A stretch of DNA of 62,577 nt, the filler included, from a bacterium (GTDB taxonomy: Bacteria > JALSQH01): NCBI GenBank assembly GCA_026985515.1. It is 7 parts of 7 records of this genome, joined end to end, with 100 filler letters (N's around TTAATTAATTAA, not from the genome) between each part and the next. Parts side by side here need not be neighbours in the genome. Positions count along the whole stretch, not along the records: positions 13,258 to 26,147 come from JALSQH010000112.1; positions 26,248 to 39,073 come from JALSQH010000114.1; 5 more parts are not named here. The stretch is one strand, 5' to 3'. This document shows, one piece after another, positions 20,423 to 31,798 of this stretch (position 1 is its first letter; each line of letters opens with the position of its first letter). The notes beneath the pieces were generated by a model that had not been told where the DNA came from, did no database searches, and saw only the letters and a list, made by a program, of their open reading frames with translations. The position numbers and the translations under genes are program-made.

Positions 20423-21725
20423 CTACACTCACGCCTTCAAAGAGAATGGACGGTGCCCCTGTTCCTCCTGTGAATTTGAGGTCAGAGGCAACTTCAATTC
20501 TTCTGAAAAGTTCCGAAAGAGTCCCCGACACTGTAAATTGCTGTACCGGAGAAGTGACTTTTCCTTTTTCAATTAAAAAACCCCTGGCTCCAAGGGAAAA
20601 CTGCCAGGTTATGGGATCAATTGTGTGAAGACCCATCAGTTCCGTTATAAACAATCCTTTCTCAACTCCACCTGCCAGATCCTCAGGGGAAATATTTGAG
20701 GGTTCAATAAAGAAATTCATCTCACCAGTTGAAGGGGGATTCTTGAGATCGCTTCTCACCACACTTCCTGTGGGCCTATCTTTGAAAATCCTCGCGTATT
20801 CCATATCAAGGATGAGATTCAGCAGAACACCATTTTTCACAATCTCCACCCTGTCTGTAACAACTCCTTCTCCATCAAAGGGAAAGGCAAGAGGTGACTG
20901 TGGCAGTCTGCCATTAACTGTTATGTTTAATTTTTCGGAAAAGATCTTCTTCCCCACTTTATTTACAAGAGGTGAACGCCCCTTATAAACACTTTCCCCG
21001 GTGAATCCCTGAAAAATGGATGAAAGGAGGAAGGAAGCCATTCTGTTTTCAACAATCAGTGTGTACCTGCCGGTCTCAGGAGGTTTTCCACCTATACTTT
21101 TCAATGCCTTTTCTGCTGTTCTCTCCGCAATGTTCTCAAGCCCGGAAAATAGATGCGAGATGGAAAAATCCCAGCTATCCCCCGTTTCTCCACCCTCCTC
21201 TGCCACCACCATTAACTCATTACTGAAAAGTGTTCTATCAGAGGAATAATCAACCCCTCTGCTGTTGGCTATCCAGATCCTTTCATACTCCGCTTCAACT
21301 TTAACATTTCTTGTGGCAACGATTCTGCTATCCTTCCTTGCCGAAGATTCCATTTCAAGTGCCAGTGCCTCTAACTCTGCCAGCTCAACTTTTTCAAAGG
21401 ATGGATCACAGATACCCGTAACTTCACCGGGATTTTCAGGATCAGGGAAAGAGAAATGGGGTCTCTCTTTCTGATATTCAATCTTTTCAACAGTAGTTTT
21501 TATCAATTTTTCTATCTTTTCCCTTGAGGGGTCAGTCACAAAACCGAAGGAAACTCGACTGTCAGATTTCAATCTTATGGCAGTTTCAATAGTTTCTGCC
21601 TCCTGAGATTTTTCAATCCTGCCACTACCCGCCTCTGCGTATTTTTCTCTCCGGTGAACCACATAGATCTCCCCCTCCATTCCGGAGGGTATTGAATTCA
21701 GAAAACAGCTGATCAGTTCCTTCAT
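20412..21725 (-). CDS. pmbA: TldD/PmbA family protein
   Basis: IANSRGV, PFDGEGV, QFSLGARGFLIEKG, APSILF. Confidence 0.88.
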   Translation of the reverse strand: MKELISCFLNSIPSGMEGEIYVVHRREKYAEAGSGRIEKSQEAETIETAIRLKSDSRVSFGFVTDPSREKIEKLIKTTVEKIEYQKERPHFSFPDPENPGEVTGICDPSFEKVELAELEALALEMESSARKDSRIVATRNVKVEAEYERIWIANSRGVDYSSDRTLFSNELMVVAEEGGETGDSWDFSISHLFSGLENIAERTAEKALKSIGGKPPETGRYTLIVENRMASFLLSSIFQGFTGESVYKGRSPLVNKVGKKIFSEKLNITVNGRLPQSPLAFPFDGEGVVTDRVEIVKNGVLLNLILDMEYARIFKDRPTGSVVRSDLKNPPSTGEMNFFIEPSNISPEDLAGGVEKGLFITELMGLHTIDPITWQFSLGARGFLIEKGKVTSPVQQFTVSGTLSELFRRIEVASDLKFTGGTGAPSILFEGVSVGGK

Positions 21726-22189
21726 AATTCTCTCCTGAATTTTAACATAACCGCCTCTTCGTTACAATCGGGGAAAAGAGGGCATTTAAGGCAATCACCC
21801 CACACTTTGTGTGGGAGTTCCTTCTTGTCAACCTGTGTAAATCCAAGTTTTATAAAGAAATCTGAATGATATGTTAAAGCAAAAATTTTTTCTATTTCAA
21901 ACTCTTTTGCCTCTTCAATACATTTTTTTGCAAGATCAGAGCCTATCCTCTTTTGTCTGTAATCTGGATCAACGGCAAGGGATCTTATCTCAGCGAGATT
22001 CTCCCATGCGAAGTGAAGGGCGCATACCCCCACTACTTTCCCATCTGCTTCGTAGACCCAGAAGTCTCTCAGATATTCGTAAATTTCCTGAAGAGGACGG
22101 GGAAGCATCTCTCTCTTTTTTGCGTAGTAGTCTATTAAAGAGTGTATAACCCTCGCATCAGACATTTTCGCTTTTCTGATTCTCTGCAC
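21722..22189 (-). CDS. GNAT N-acetyltransferase (short ArgA-like)
   Basis: MLPRPL, LAEIRSLAV, FALTY, LPHKVWGDCLKCP-FPDCNE. Confidence 0.88.
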   Translation of the reverse strand: MQRIRKAKMSDARVIHSLIDYYAKKREMLPRPLQEIYEYLRDFWVYEADGKVVGVCALHFAWENLAEIRSLAVDPDYRQKRIGSDLAKKCIEEAKEFEIEKIFALTYHSDFFIKLGFTQVDKKELPHKVWGDCLKCPLFPDCNEEAVMLKFRREL

Positions 22190-23825
22190 TTCTCAGCAGC
22201 TCCCTTGCATATTCAAGTGTTTTCCCATCAATTTTCCCGATCATCCTGGCAATTTCCTTCACCCTATCCTCCCCTTCCACCCTTCTTATGCGCGAGATGG
22301 TGCGTCCACCTTCAACAACCTTTTCCACCACAAAATGGTGAGTGGCAAAAAGTGCTATCTGGGGCAGATGGGTTATGACTATCAACTGACTCCTCTCTGA
22401 CAGTTCATTCAATTTTCTTCCAACAGATTCTGCAGTTTTTCCTCCAATTCCCGCATCTATCTCGTCAAATATGATTGTTGAAGGCGGATTCTTTTCTCCG
22501 AGAGCAACTCTCAGGGCAAGCATGATCCTCGATAATTCACCACCTGATGCTACTTTTTGAAGAGGTTTGAGAGGTTCACCGGGATTGGGAGAAATTTTAA
22601 TGGTGACTCTGTCCCTTCCAGAGGGTCCCATTTCGCCCCTCTCAACCTCCACTAAAAATTTTGCCCTCTCCATTGCCAGATATGAAAGTTCTTTTTCAAC
22701 CTTCTTCTCCAGTTCTTTTGCCGCTCTCTTCCTTTCTGAAGAGAGCTTCTCCGCTCTTTGCTCCATTTCCCTCTGAATCTTTTTCAGCTCCTCCTCTTTC
22801 TCAGCCAGCGTAAATTCAATCTTTTCAAGCTCCTCCTTCTCTTTTTTCAGTTTCTCCAGTTCCCTCAACACATCCTCAATGGTTGGTCCATATTTTCGCT
22901 TCAATTCACCAAGTTCAAGAAGTCGTTCTGTTATCTGCTCAAGTTTGAGAGGGTCAGTTTCAATTTCACCACTCAGGCCCTCTCCCAGAAATACAGCCTC
23001 CTCCAGTTGATAAAGTGCCTCAGAAAGAAGGGAGTGGAGTTTCTCCCACTTTTCACCAAATTGCGTGAATCTCTCGCTTTTTCTCACAAAGTTTTTCAGA
23101 CTGCTTATCACAGAAGCATCTGATGTGTACAGATAATCTATTAACTCCTCTATCTCTCTTTTCAGATTCTCTCCTTCACTTAGAATCTTCTTCTCTCTCT
23201 CAAGCTCTTCATCTTCACCCTTTCGCGGCGAGATTTTTTCAATCTCCTCTATCTGATACTGGAGAAAATCAATCCTCTTTTTCCTCTCCCTTTCTTTTTC
23301 CTGAATCTCCTCTATTTCCTCCCGAAGTTTTTTCCATCTGTTGTACAACTGTGAAAATTCCTTTACATCCTCTTCAAGACCAGCAAAATGATCAAGTATG
23401 ATCAGATAAAACCTGGGTTGCAGGAGAAGCTGCTGGGAGTGCTGGCCCTCAATTCCTATGAGATAGGGAGCAATCTCCTGGAGGGTGGAAAGGGTAACTG
23501 AAGTATCATTTATAAAATTTTTGCTCCTGCCCGCTTCAATGATTCTTCTCAGAATTATTTCCTCTCCATCCTCAATTCCCTTTTCAGTGAGGATCTGTGA
23601 AACCTCTTTCCTGTCATTTGAAAAAACCGCCTCAATTATGGCTCTCTTTCTACCTGATCTTATGAAATCCTGGCTCGCCTTTTCACCCCTTATGAGTGAA
23701 ACGGCGGTAACTATTATTGATTTCCCTGCTCCCGTCTCTCCAGTGATGACATTAAAACCCTCTCCCCATTCCACCTCGGTTTCCTCAATTATGGCAAGAT
23801 CCCGGATTCTGAGGTACCTCAGCAT
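22158..23825 (-). CDS. recN: DNA repair protein RecN
   Basis: ITGETGAGKS, ASGGELSRIMLAL, FDEIDAGIGG, ITHLPQIA. Confidence 0.97.
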   Translation of the reverse strand: MLRYLRIRDLAIIEETEVEWGEGFNVITGETGAGKSIIVTAVSLIRGEKASQDFIRSGRKRAIIEAVFSNDRKEVSQILTEKGIEDGEEIILRRIIEAGRSKNFINDTSVTLSTLQEIAPYLIGIEGQHSQQLLLQPRFYLIILDHFAGLEEDVKEFSQLYNRWKKLREEIEEIQEKERERKKRIDFLQYQIEEIEKISPRKGEDEELEREKKILSEGENLKREIEELIDYLYTSDASVISSLKNFVRKSERFTQFGEKWEKLHSLLSEALYQLEEAVFLGEGLSGEIETDPLKLEQITERLLELGELKRKYGPTIEDVLRELEKLKKEKEELEKIEFTLAEKEEELKKIQREMEQRAEKLSSERKRAAKELEKKVEKELSYLAMERAKFLVEVERGEMGPSGRDRVTIKISPNPGEPLKPLQKVASGGELSRIMLALRVALGEKNPPSTIIFDEIDAGIGGKTAESVGRKLNELSERSQLIVITHLPQIALFATHHFVVEKVVEGGRTISRIRRVEGEDRVKEIARMIGKIDGKTLEYARELLRSAENQKSENV

Positions 23826-23826
23826 A

Positions 23827-24672
23827 TCAACCCCACTTCAATTTGCTTCTGAGGATCTTAAAGTAGGATTTTTCCGGGATTTTTATCAGTTTCAGGGGAT
23901 GTTTTGACTTTCTCACTTCAATTCTGTCCCCCTCCATCAGGGAAAGACCCACCTGACCATCAAGGGAGAGAAAGACATCACCCTTCTGAGATTTGATGAA
24001 AACTTTTACTTCATAATTGTCGGGAATTACCAGGGGTCGATTGGTGAGGGTAAATGGGCATATGGGAGTTATGAGAATTGCCTCAAATTCAGGGGTTACA
24101 ATGGGTCCGCCTGCTGCAAGATTGTAGGCGGTGCTTCCCGTGGGAGTAGCGACTATTAACCCATCAGCCCTGAATGTTGTCAGGATTTCACCATTCACAT
24201 AGGTTTCAAGTTGAATTATTTTGCCCAGGGCTCCCTTATTGATAACTGCGTCGTTGAGGACATCATAGGCTGCTATTCTCTCCTCATGCCTGTGGAGGTG
24301 TACCGTGAGTTTCATTCTCTCTTCAACCACGAAATCACCCTTTAAAATTCTTGGAAGATATTTATCAATTTCATCCTCCTGAATTTCAGTGAGAAAACCG
24401 AGGCTTCCCAGATTTATACCCACCATCGGGGTTCCTCTGTTGCCTATCAGTCTTGCAGCGCCAAGGAATGTGCCATCCCCCCCGAGAACCACCACAATAT
24501 CAGCAAGATCAGGTATATCAAGCTTGTTTACACCTTCAACTCCTTCAATATGCTCTGCAATCTGCTTCTGAACCACCCACTCAACATTACCGTCAGAGTA
24601 TTCTTTTATGATCCTCTCTGCGATCTGGAAAGTTCTTGAAGAATCCTCTTTCCCAAGCAGACCAACTTTCAT
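23827..24672 (-). CDS. nadK: NAD(+) kinase
   Basis: GGDGTFL, GINLGSLGFLT, LNDAV, ADGLIVATPTGSTAYNLAAGGP. Confidence 0.96.
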   Translation of the reverse strand: MKVGLLGKEDSSRTFQIAERIIKEYSDGNVEWVVQKQIAEHIEGVEGVNKLDIPDLADIVVVLGGDGTFLGAARLIGNRGTPMVGINLGSLGFLTEIQEDEIDKYLPRILKGDFVVEERMKLTVHLHRHEERIAAYDVLNDAVINKGALGKIIQLETYVNGEILTTFRADGLIVATPTGSTAYNLAAGGPIVTPEFEAILITPICPFTLTNRPLVIPDNYEVKVFIKSQKGDVFLSLDGQVGLSLMEGDRIEVRKSKHPLKLIKIPEKSYFKILRSKLKWG

Positions 24673-24805
24673 CGGAATTTCCCTTTGAATATACATTAGC
24701 ATAAAAATTGATTTTTTTCCATCGGGTAGGATGTGTAATAGGGAATTTTTCTTGAAGTTTTAAAGCATGAGTATATAATTAAATCAATTTCTCAAGAAGG
24801 TTTAA

Positions 24806-26147
24806 ATGCCCAAAAATGAAAAAGGTTTTCCAACTAATCCCACGGTTGCACTTCTTTACCCGGATATAAAAGAGCTAATTGAAAAAGCACAATGGAAAAC
24901 CCTCAAAGAAGTTCTCTCAACATGGTATCCTTCTGATATTGCTGACTTACTCGAATCTCTTGATGTAAAAGAGTCTGCCATCATTATAAGAATGCTTCCA
25001 AAGAATCTACAATCAGAAGTATTTTCTGAGTTAAATCCTAAAACTCAGGAAGAAATTCTCTTGACGCTTTCTGACGAAACAATCAAAAAAATTATTCTTG
25101 AAATGGATCCTGATGACAGAACGGAACTCTTTGAAGACTTGCCTGATTATATCACAAGAAAACTTCTAAAGTTACTTCCCCCTTCAGAGCGAAAAGAAGC
25201 TCTCATGTTGCTCGGGTATCCACCAGAAAGCGTGGGAAGACTGATGACCCCGGATTTTGTTGCTGTTAAACCAGAATGGGATGTAGGAAAGGCTATTCAG
25301 CACATCAGGGAATATGGTAAAGATGCTGAAACGATAAACGTCATTTATGTAGTAGATGAACACTGGAAACTGCTTGATGACTTACCTATCAGGAAGCTAA
25401 TTCTGGCTGAACCTCATCAGGAAATAAGGGAACTAATGGATAATCAAGTAATATATTTGTATGCCAACACAGATCAGGAAGAGGCAATAAAACTCTTTGA
25501 AAAATACAATCTAATCGCTCTCCCTGTTGTAGATGAAGAAGGACATCTTTTGGGTATCGTTACTGTGGATGATATTATTGATGCCCTTAGGGAAGAACAA
25601 ACGGAAGACTTTGCAAAATTCTCAGCAGTTGAAGCAAAGGCTGTTGGAGTGGATTTCATTACACAAATAAAAGATGTTCCTCTTTTCTCTATTTTCAGAG
25701 CAAGAATTACCTGGCTTCTAGCTTTGTTACTTATGGATTTTATAACTGGAGGAATAATACAGAGTTTTGAAGCTACTATTGCAAAGTATGTAGTTCTTGT
25801 AACTTTTCTTCCTGTCCTTGTTGATACAGCAGGTAATGCAGGTTCTCAAGCAGCAACTCTCGTTATTAGAGCCCTTGCACTGGGAACCGTTAAGGTCAGT
25901 GACTGGTTGAAAGTTGTCATTAGGGAACTGGCAATATCAGCAGCACTTGGCTTAGTTATGGGGATAGGTATTTCTTTTATGGGCTTCATAAGAGGGAAAA
26001 ATTTGCAAATTGCAGAAGTCGTCGTAATTTCAATGTTTATAAATGTTATAGTGGGTAGTTTAATAGGTGTAATTCTCCCTTTTATTTTTACAAAATTGAA
26101 AAAAGATCCTGCTACAGCCAGTACTCCTTTAATCACCACTCTTGCAG
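24806..26147 (+). CDS. mgtE: Magnesium transporter MgtE, 3' truncated
   Basis: MDPDDR, GRLMT, CBS pair, GIVTVDD, AGNAGSQAAT, DPATAS-PLITT. Confidence 0.96.
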
Positions 26148-26247
26148 NNNNNNNNNNNNNNNNNNNNNNNNNNNNNNNNNNNNNNNNNNNNTTAATTAAT
26201 TAANNNNNNNNNNNNNNNNNNNNNNNNNNNNNNNNNNNNNNNNNNNN
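26148..26247. other. Artificial contig linker
   Basis: N44-TTAATTAATTAA-N44. Confidence 0.99.
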
Positions 26248-28714
26248 GATTGTCAACCTCCAGATCCCCATCTATGTCAAACCGTCCTCCCATGGGTAAT
26301 GATATATCATTTATCTTCAACGCTCCAGGAAAATTTACACTGTAAGAAAGAGTCTTTATCAAAAGCAATGCAAGGGGTTTAACCTGAGAATTTATAAAAT
26401 AATTCACAGGATGAACTTCTGTCTTCCCTGTCCTCACCCCATAACATCGGTGGTTTTCGCTGTCATACAGGTCCAGCTTACTCAATTCTACAAGGTCAGG
26501 CACTTTCACCTCCAATATTTTACTATCCATAAATTTCTCCTTCTTCTCACCGTATGGAGGATCATCAATCAATTCTGCCTTCAGAATATACCTCCTCGCT
26601 ACAGGCCCGGTTATGTAAGTGAACTCGCATCTCTTTTCACCAGAAGGCATCTCTACACAGCATTCACCCTTATAGTTTAACCTGCAGATAAGCTTTCTGT
26701 AAAATTTTACCCCTGTATTTTGCAAAGGTATTCTGTAACTGAGCCTGTTACCACCATAGTATTCTTTTTTAAGATAATTAAAATATAAATTATCACCATC
26801 CGCTATTACTATGCCACCAAAATAACCCGAAGTCTCGTCATCACTTCCCATATTGAGCGCGTGGAAATGACCCCCGTTGCACAGTGCTTCCTCCTGCAAT
26901 GTATTACCCGAACACTCTACAGGAGTGTAGGTTATTTCCACCCTTTTACCATTCAGAGCGCCATCTCCTGCTCCCGTAATCTCATCTGTTACACTTACAC
27001 TGAAAGGTACCATCATATCCTGAAGATGATAACCTGCCCCATTTTTAAAACCATTGGGAGCTTTATCATACCACCAGGGATATAATTCCCATACTGGCCC
27101 CCTCTTTGGGGGAAAGCTGCCAAATCCATGTACTTTTATCGACAATTTCAATTTCTTAGGTGTGACAATAACATCTTCTGGTTTTGCGGCTTCAAACATT
27201 GTGTAGGTTTCCATCTCCCCTTTGTACCAGATTTCATTGTACCATCGCGTTTTCCCGTTAATATTAACATAGCCTGAATCTTCTCTATCTATCCACCTGC
27301 ACCCGCTTCCACTCTTGTCTGCTCCTTTACTTTCAATATCCAGAATAATATAGTTTTCCCATTTAATATCCTCGGTTATCTCTCCCGGAAAGTAAAAATC
27401 AACTATAGCTTCCCCCGGGACTGTGTATTCCTGGCTGCACCTTTTGCCATCAGGAGGAGTGAGACCAGTAGAAATGGTTCTTTTTATAACTCTGGGTTCC
27501 CGGATTATCTTTAGAATTTTTCCCCTTGCAGTGCACTTGTATGAATCGTTACCTGATCCGTTTATTCCAATGATGCCAAACCCAATTAAAGAGAGATCTT
27601 CAGAAATTCCTGAACATTTTTCTCCCCCTACACCTTCTAAAGTTCCTGTGAAATGATAAGGTGTGCCTGTATAAAAAACCTTCACCAGAAAATGGATCAT
27701 ACTCGCTTTTGAAGGTAGCTTTTTAATCCTGTAAACATACTTCAATTTCCCATCTGACTCTGCAAGACTGTACCAGGCAACACTCCACTTTCTGTGATCT
27801 TTATCCCACAGATACACCACATTGTTGTATGCATACCTTGGAAAGTTCCAGCTTCTTCCCAGATTACTAAAAGGTGCATTCTCAAAATTTATATTTCCTC
27901 TAATCAGTTTTTCATGAAAATTGAATATTATTCTCTCACCTCTGCTTCCACGCAACCATCTACCTGAGCCTGGCCTCCATTTCAGCATAAGTAATCCATA
28001 AGCTGTTCCATGCAATGGATCAACATCATAATCCAGATCCGCAAGCATCTGATAAATGTAATCACCTGTATTTGGAATCAGGTTAAGCAGATTATTACCA
28101 TAATGAAAATACCATTTCCCCGGACTCAGTGTGTGGATAAGATGTAATTCCTGAAAATGTCTGGTAAAAATAAAATAACCTGTCTTACCCTCTTTTAAAT
28201 TGAAGCTTCCTTCTATCTGAGGAGCAAAGTGCAATTTTTCTAATTCCTGGGAAGAAGATGTTTCAAAATCATTATTTTCCCCAGTTGTAAATAAGAACTT
28301 CTTTCCATACTTACAGCTGACAAGATTTCCGATCCTTATACATAATCTGTAATAAACAGAAAGTGGTTCAGTAGCTGAAGAATCATAATCAAGATTGCCC
28401 TTGAAAAGGTTATCTGAAACCTGATCCACATTTATCCTGTACCATGTACCACCTTCCCCAAGTTCTTCAAGCCAGAACTCATCTACTCTTTCAAGAAGAT
28501 CTCTCTGAATGATGAACATAATTTCTCCACCCGGTAACAATGGTGAAAGATCCTGGATCATTATTGAAGAAGCAAGTCGTGCTTCGCGGGGAGTAAGATA
28601 AGTGTTTCCTGCAATCCCGCTGTTTACCCCATTGCCCTGACCACAGGAGGCAAGTAAAAAGGTCACAACTATTAAAGAAATGTATAAATTTTTGAGTTTT
28701 ACCCTTCCGAACAT
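26248..28714 (-). CDS. Large lipoprotein with C-terminal MepA/M15-like motif (paralog of 13624-16387), 3' truncated
   Basis: Lipobox LASC; shared blocks IVDFYFPGEITE, YPWWYDKAP, CNGGHFHA, YITGPVAR, INDISLPMGG. Confidence 0.75.
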
Positions 28715-29136
28715 TACATACCAATTAAATCATAAATTTACTAAAAAGTCAAGTTATCGCTTTGCCCGAAATTCTCAAATAGAAATCTGGTTAATCCACC
28801 ATTTGCCTTTTTACCCCTATAAATAAGCTTCTCACCGGCCATCACTCAGTAGGAGACGGCAGAATACAGGGTATGGTTTTTAAAATAATAAATTATAGTT
28901 ACCCAAAATCTCCTATTTGAGATTTTAGGTGCAAGAAGGATTGAGTTTCCAGGGAAAGAGAAGAAAGAATGGAGGAGATAAAAATGAGGCTACACAAGCA
29001 TATCAAATGGAGCAGACTATGAAATGGAGAAGCATATGGGTGAAAAAGGGAGTAAAAGAAGATTCAATTTTGAATAAAAGGGGAGTAAGAGGATAGATTA
29101 CTCAATTATATCAGAATCAGAGTCCTGCAAAGGATG

Positions 29137-30519
29137 TCACCAGTCCAGCTTGCATCCAAACTTCAAAGATCCTATTTTTCTCCAGATAAACACCTTATTT
29201 ACGGAATCGTAGTTCCCCCTGTACAATCTGTAAGTGTAAGTAAATGCACTTTTACACCCTCCCATATGGTAATAAAACCACTGGATATCATCCAGATTAA
29301 TAGCTGTGGAAATTCCTCCAATTGCGTAAAGAGAATCACCATACTCGGTTATTCCACCAAAATTTCTTTCGAGAGACAACCAGCCTAGGGGGAGTTTCAA
29401 TTTAATCCGCCTGTTTGCAGAATCACTCTCAAAGTTTTCAAAATACCAGGTACTTGCAAAGAAGTCAGGCTCAACAAAATTCTCACCCACATATTCCCTC
29501 GAGAAAGTTAAAAGCACCCCTTCCTTCATAGGAAAAAGACCAGATAATGTTAATTTCATGTGATCCTTCATATTTTGATTTCCTGATGTGACTTCAAAAT
29601 TGTAAAAAATACCTTTATCCGTCTTAACATTCACAAGCACCACAGAGACTGACAAAGATGTCGCAGTAAGCTCACCGGCAAAAAACGGATACGAAAAAAA
29701 CACCTTTCTATATTTTCCATCAAAACTTCCAAGGAGAGAGAAATTACATTTAAATTTATTCGCCTCCGTACTGGTTATTGACAGTCTGTAAACCTTTACC
29801 TTATCAGATGAATATGCAAAATAATAGGGTACGTCTGTAAGTGGATCCATGTACATACCAGCTCTGACAAATTGCTCTGGAAATCCACAGTCCACACTCA
29901 CCCCGTCAGATACAGCCCTCACTTTCCATTCTTCATTTTCTTCACAGAAAGAGATATCATCCCAGTCCCATATGTACCTGCTACAGGGAAAATAAAACAA
30001 TTCGTCACCAAATCTCAATAAATACTTATCCTCAAAGATTCCTCGCGACATCTCTGGATTCATTTTCTTACCGACAAACATTGTCCCATCCATGGACATC
30101 ACAGAATAGGTTAGAGGCTGGTCAATCCTGCACCCCTTCCAGAATGTCACAGCAAATTCATCTGAAGGATAGGAAAGGGGGCTAATTATGTTAAAAAAGT
30201 AAAATTTATCTATAACACATTCATCCTTAAACTCAATCTCCTTAAAAAAATTTAAGCCTGAATCACCTACCCTGTAAAAACTTACTTTACTTGAGCATCT
30301 ATCCCTTCCAATAACATTTTTCCTTGCAAAATATTCAACCTTTGCAAGGTAGATTCCATCTTTTCTTCTCACAAAAAAAGCTGTTTGACCTGGAGTTTCT
30401 TCTGATTCATATATAGGACAATAATGATCACAGGCATTAAAGAAGAAAAAGGAGATAATCAGAAAAAGGAAAATAATTCTTTTCCACCAGTTCCTTTTCT
30501 CAAAGATCTTTTCAACCAT
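29137..30519 (-). CDS. Hypothetical Cys/aromatic-rich lipoprotein
   Basis: Start MVEKIF (30519); hydrophobic core then FNAC lipobox-like; ORF-track extension to 30660 overlaps MFS gene and promoter. Confidence 0.65.
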   Translation of the reverse strand: MVEKIFEKRNWWKRIIFLFLIISFFFFNACDHYCPIYESEETPGQTAFFVRRKDGIYLAKVEYFARKNVIGRDRCSSKVSFYRVGDSGLNFFKEIEFKDECVIDKFYFFNIISPLSYPSDEFAVTFWKGCRIDQPLTYSVMSMDGTMFVGKKMNPEMSRGIFEDKYLLRFGDELFYFPCSRYIWDWDDISFCEENEEWKVRAVSDGVSVDCGFPEQFVRAGMYMDPLTDVPYYFAYSSDKVKVYRLSITSTEANKFKCNFSLLGSFDGKYRKVFFSYPFFAGELTATSLSVSVVLVNVKTDKGIFYNFEVTSGNQNMKDHMKLTLSGLFPMKEGVLLTFSREYVGENFVEPDFFASTWYFENFESDSANRRIKLKLPLGWLSLERNFGGITEYGDSLYAIGGISTAINLDDIQWFYYHMGGCKSAFTYTYRLYRGNYDSVNKVFIWRKIGSLKFGCKLDW

Positions 30520-30533
30520 CTTTTTCGCATTTA

Positions 30534-30549
30534 TGCAACAAATGTGCCA
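30534..30549 (-). promoter_or_regulatory. Sigma54 -24/-12 promoter
   Basis: Reverse complement TGGCAC-ATTTG-TTGCA matches consensus TGGCAC-N5-TTGCW. Confidence 0.65.
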
Positions 30550-30572
30550 TTTGATCCTTAAGCCTGTAAATT

Positions 30573-31733
30573 TTACACAGCCAGTAGGATCCCGAAAAAG
30601 GCAACCATCCCGGCAATTCCTCCGAAGAGAAAGGGTGCCGAAGGCCCGAGGAGATCCCACAGTAACCCGGCAAGTAAAGAGGCAGGAAGAAGGCCTATGC
30701 CTTCAATGGCAGAATGCAAACCAAGAATGGTAGCTCTTCTATCCTCTGGAGCGAGGTCAGACACAAAGGCCCTTGTAACACCCTCGGTGGCACCTTTGTA
30801 AACTCCATAGATTGCCATTGAAATCCAGATCAGCTTCGGAAAAAGGGCGATCATCAGGTAAACTAATCCATAAATGAAAAATCCAGCGGAGATTACATAC
30901 TTCCTGTTTATCTTATCAGACAAATAACCGGCAGGATATGAAACAACTGCTTCAACAATATTGTATACAACATAGAGCAGAATTATTTCACCCACTCCAA
31001 GACCTATATCTTTCTCCGATGCTCTGAGAAAGATAAACTGATTTGAAGAATTACCCATGGTGAAAATGAATAGAAAGAGGAAATACAACTTTAACTTCAG
31101 AGGAAGTTCCCTGAATGAGGCAAGGTTTATTCTTCTTTTAATTCTTCCCCTCCCGGTTTCAATGGAAAAGAAAAGGATCAACACGCTCAAAAGGGCCGGT
31201 ATCAAACTTATAAAAATCAGCTTCCTGAAAAGTGCTATCTCACCAACCTTCTCCCCGGTCAGATAGGTAACTATGAAATACGCAGAGAGAGACCCCAGCA
31301 CCGCTCCGGCAGTATCCAGACTCCGGTGAATGCCAAAGGCTCTGCCTCTCTCCTCCTCCCCGATTGATTCTGCTATCATCGCATCTCTGGGTGCCCCTCT
31401 TATGCCCTTACCAAATCTATCTGTAACCCTTCCGGCAAAAATCATGCTCCAGCTGTGTGCGAGATAAAAGAGCAACTTGCCCAGAAAGGAGAGGGTATAA
31501 CCACCTATTGCAACAGGTTTCCTCTTTCCAACCCTGTCAGCAAGGGCTCCAGAGAAAACCTTAAGGAGAGACGCCGATGACTCCGCCACTCCCTCTATAA
31601 TTCCCAGGATACCCGGACCGCCTCCGAGGGCTTTTACATAGAGGGATATAATCGGGTAAACCATTTCGGAACTTACATCAGTGAAAAAAGATGTGAAACC
31701 TGTAATCCAGATATTCAATTTCCTGCTCTTCAT
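30573..31733 (-). CDS. MFS transporter
   Basis: SFFTDVSSEM, SGALADRVGKRK, DRFGKGIRGAPRDA, about 12 TM; RBS AAGGAG before MKSRK. Confidence 0.92.
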   Translation of the reverse strand: MKSRKLNIWITGFTSFFTDVSSEMVYPIISLYVKALGGGPGILGIIEGVAESSASLLKVFSGALADRVGKRKPVAIGGYTLSFLGKLLFYLAHSWSMIFAGRVTDRFGKGIRGAPRDAMIAESIGEEERGRAFGIHRSLDTAGAVLGSLSAYFIVTYLTGEKVGEIALFRKLIFISLIPALLSVLILFFSIETGRGRIKRRINLASFRELPLKLKLYFLFLFIFTMGNSSNQFIFLRASEKDIGLGVGEIILLYVVYNIVEAVVSYPAGYLSDKINRKYVISAGFFIYGLVYLMIALFPKLIWISMAIYGVYKGATEGVTRAFVSDLAPEDRRATILGLHSAIEGIGLLPASLLAGLLWDLLGPSAPFLFGGIAGMVAFFGILLAV

Positions 31734-31798
31734 CCGTAACTCCTTACCCGGGAACAATTTTCAAAAGTATTTTTTTATGTTACAATGATTGAAGGAGT

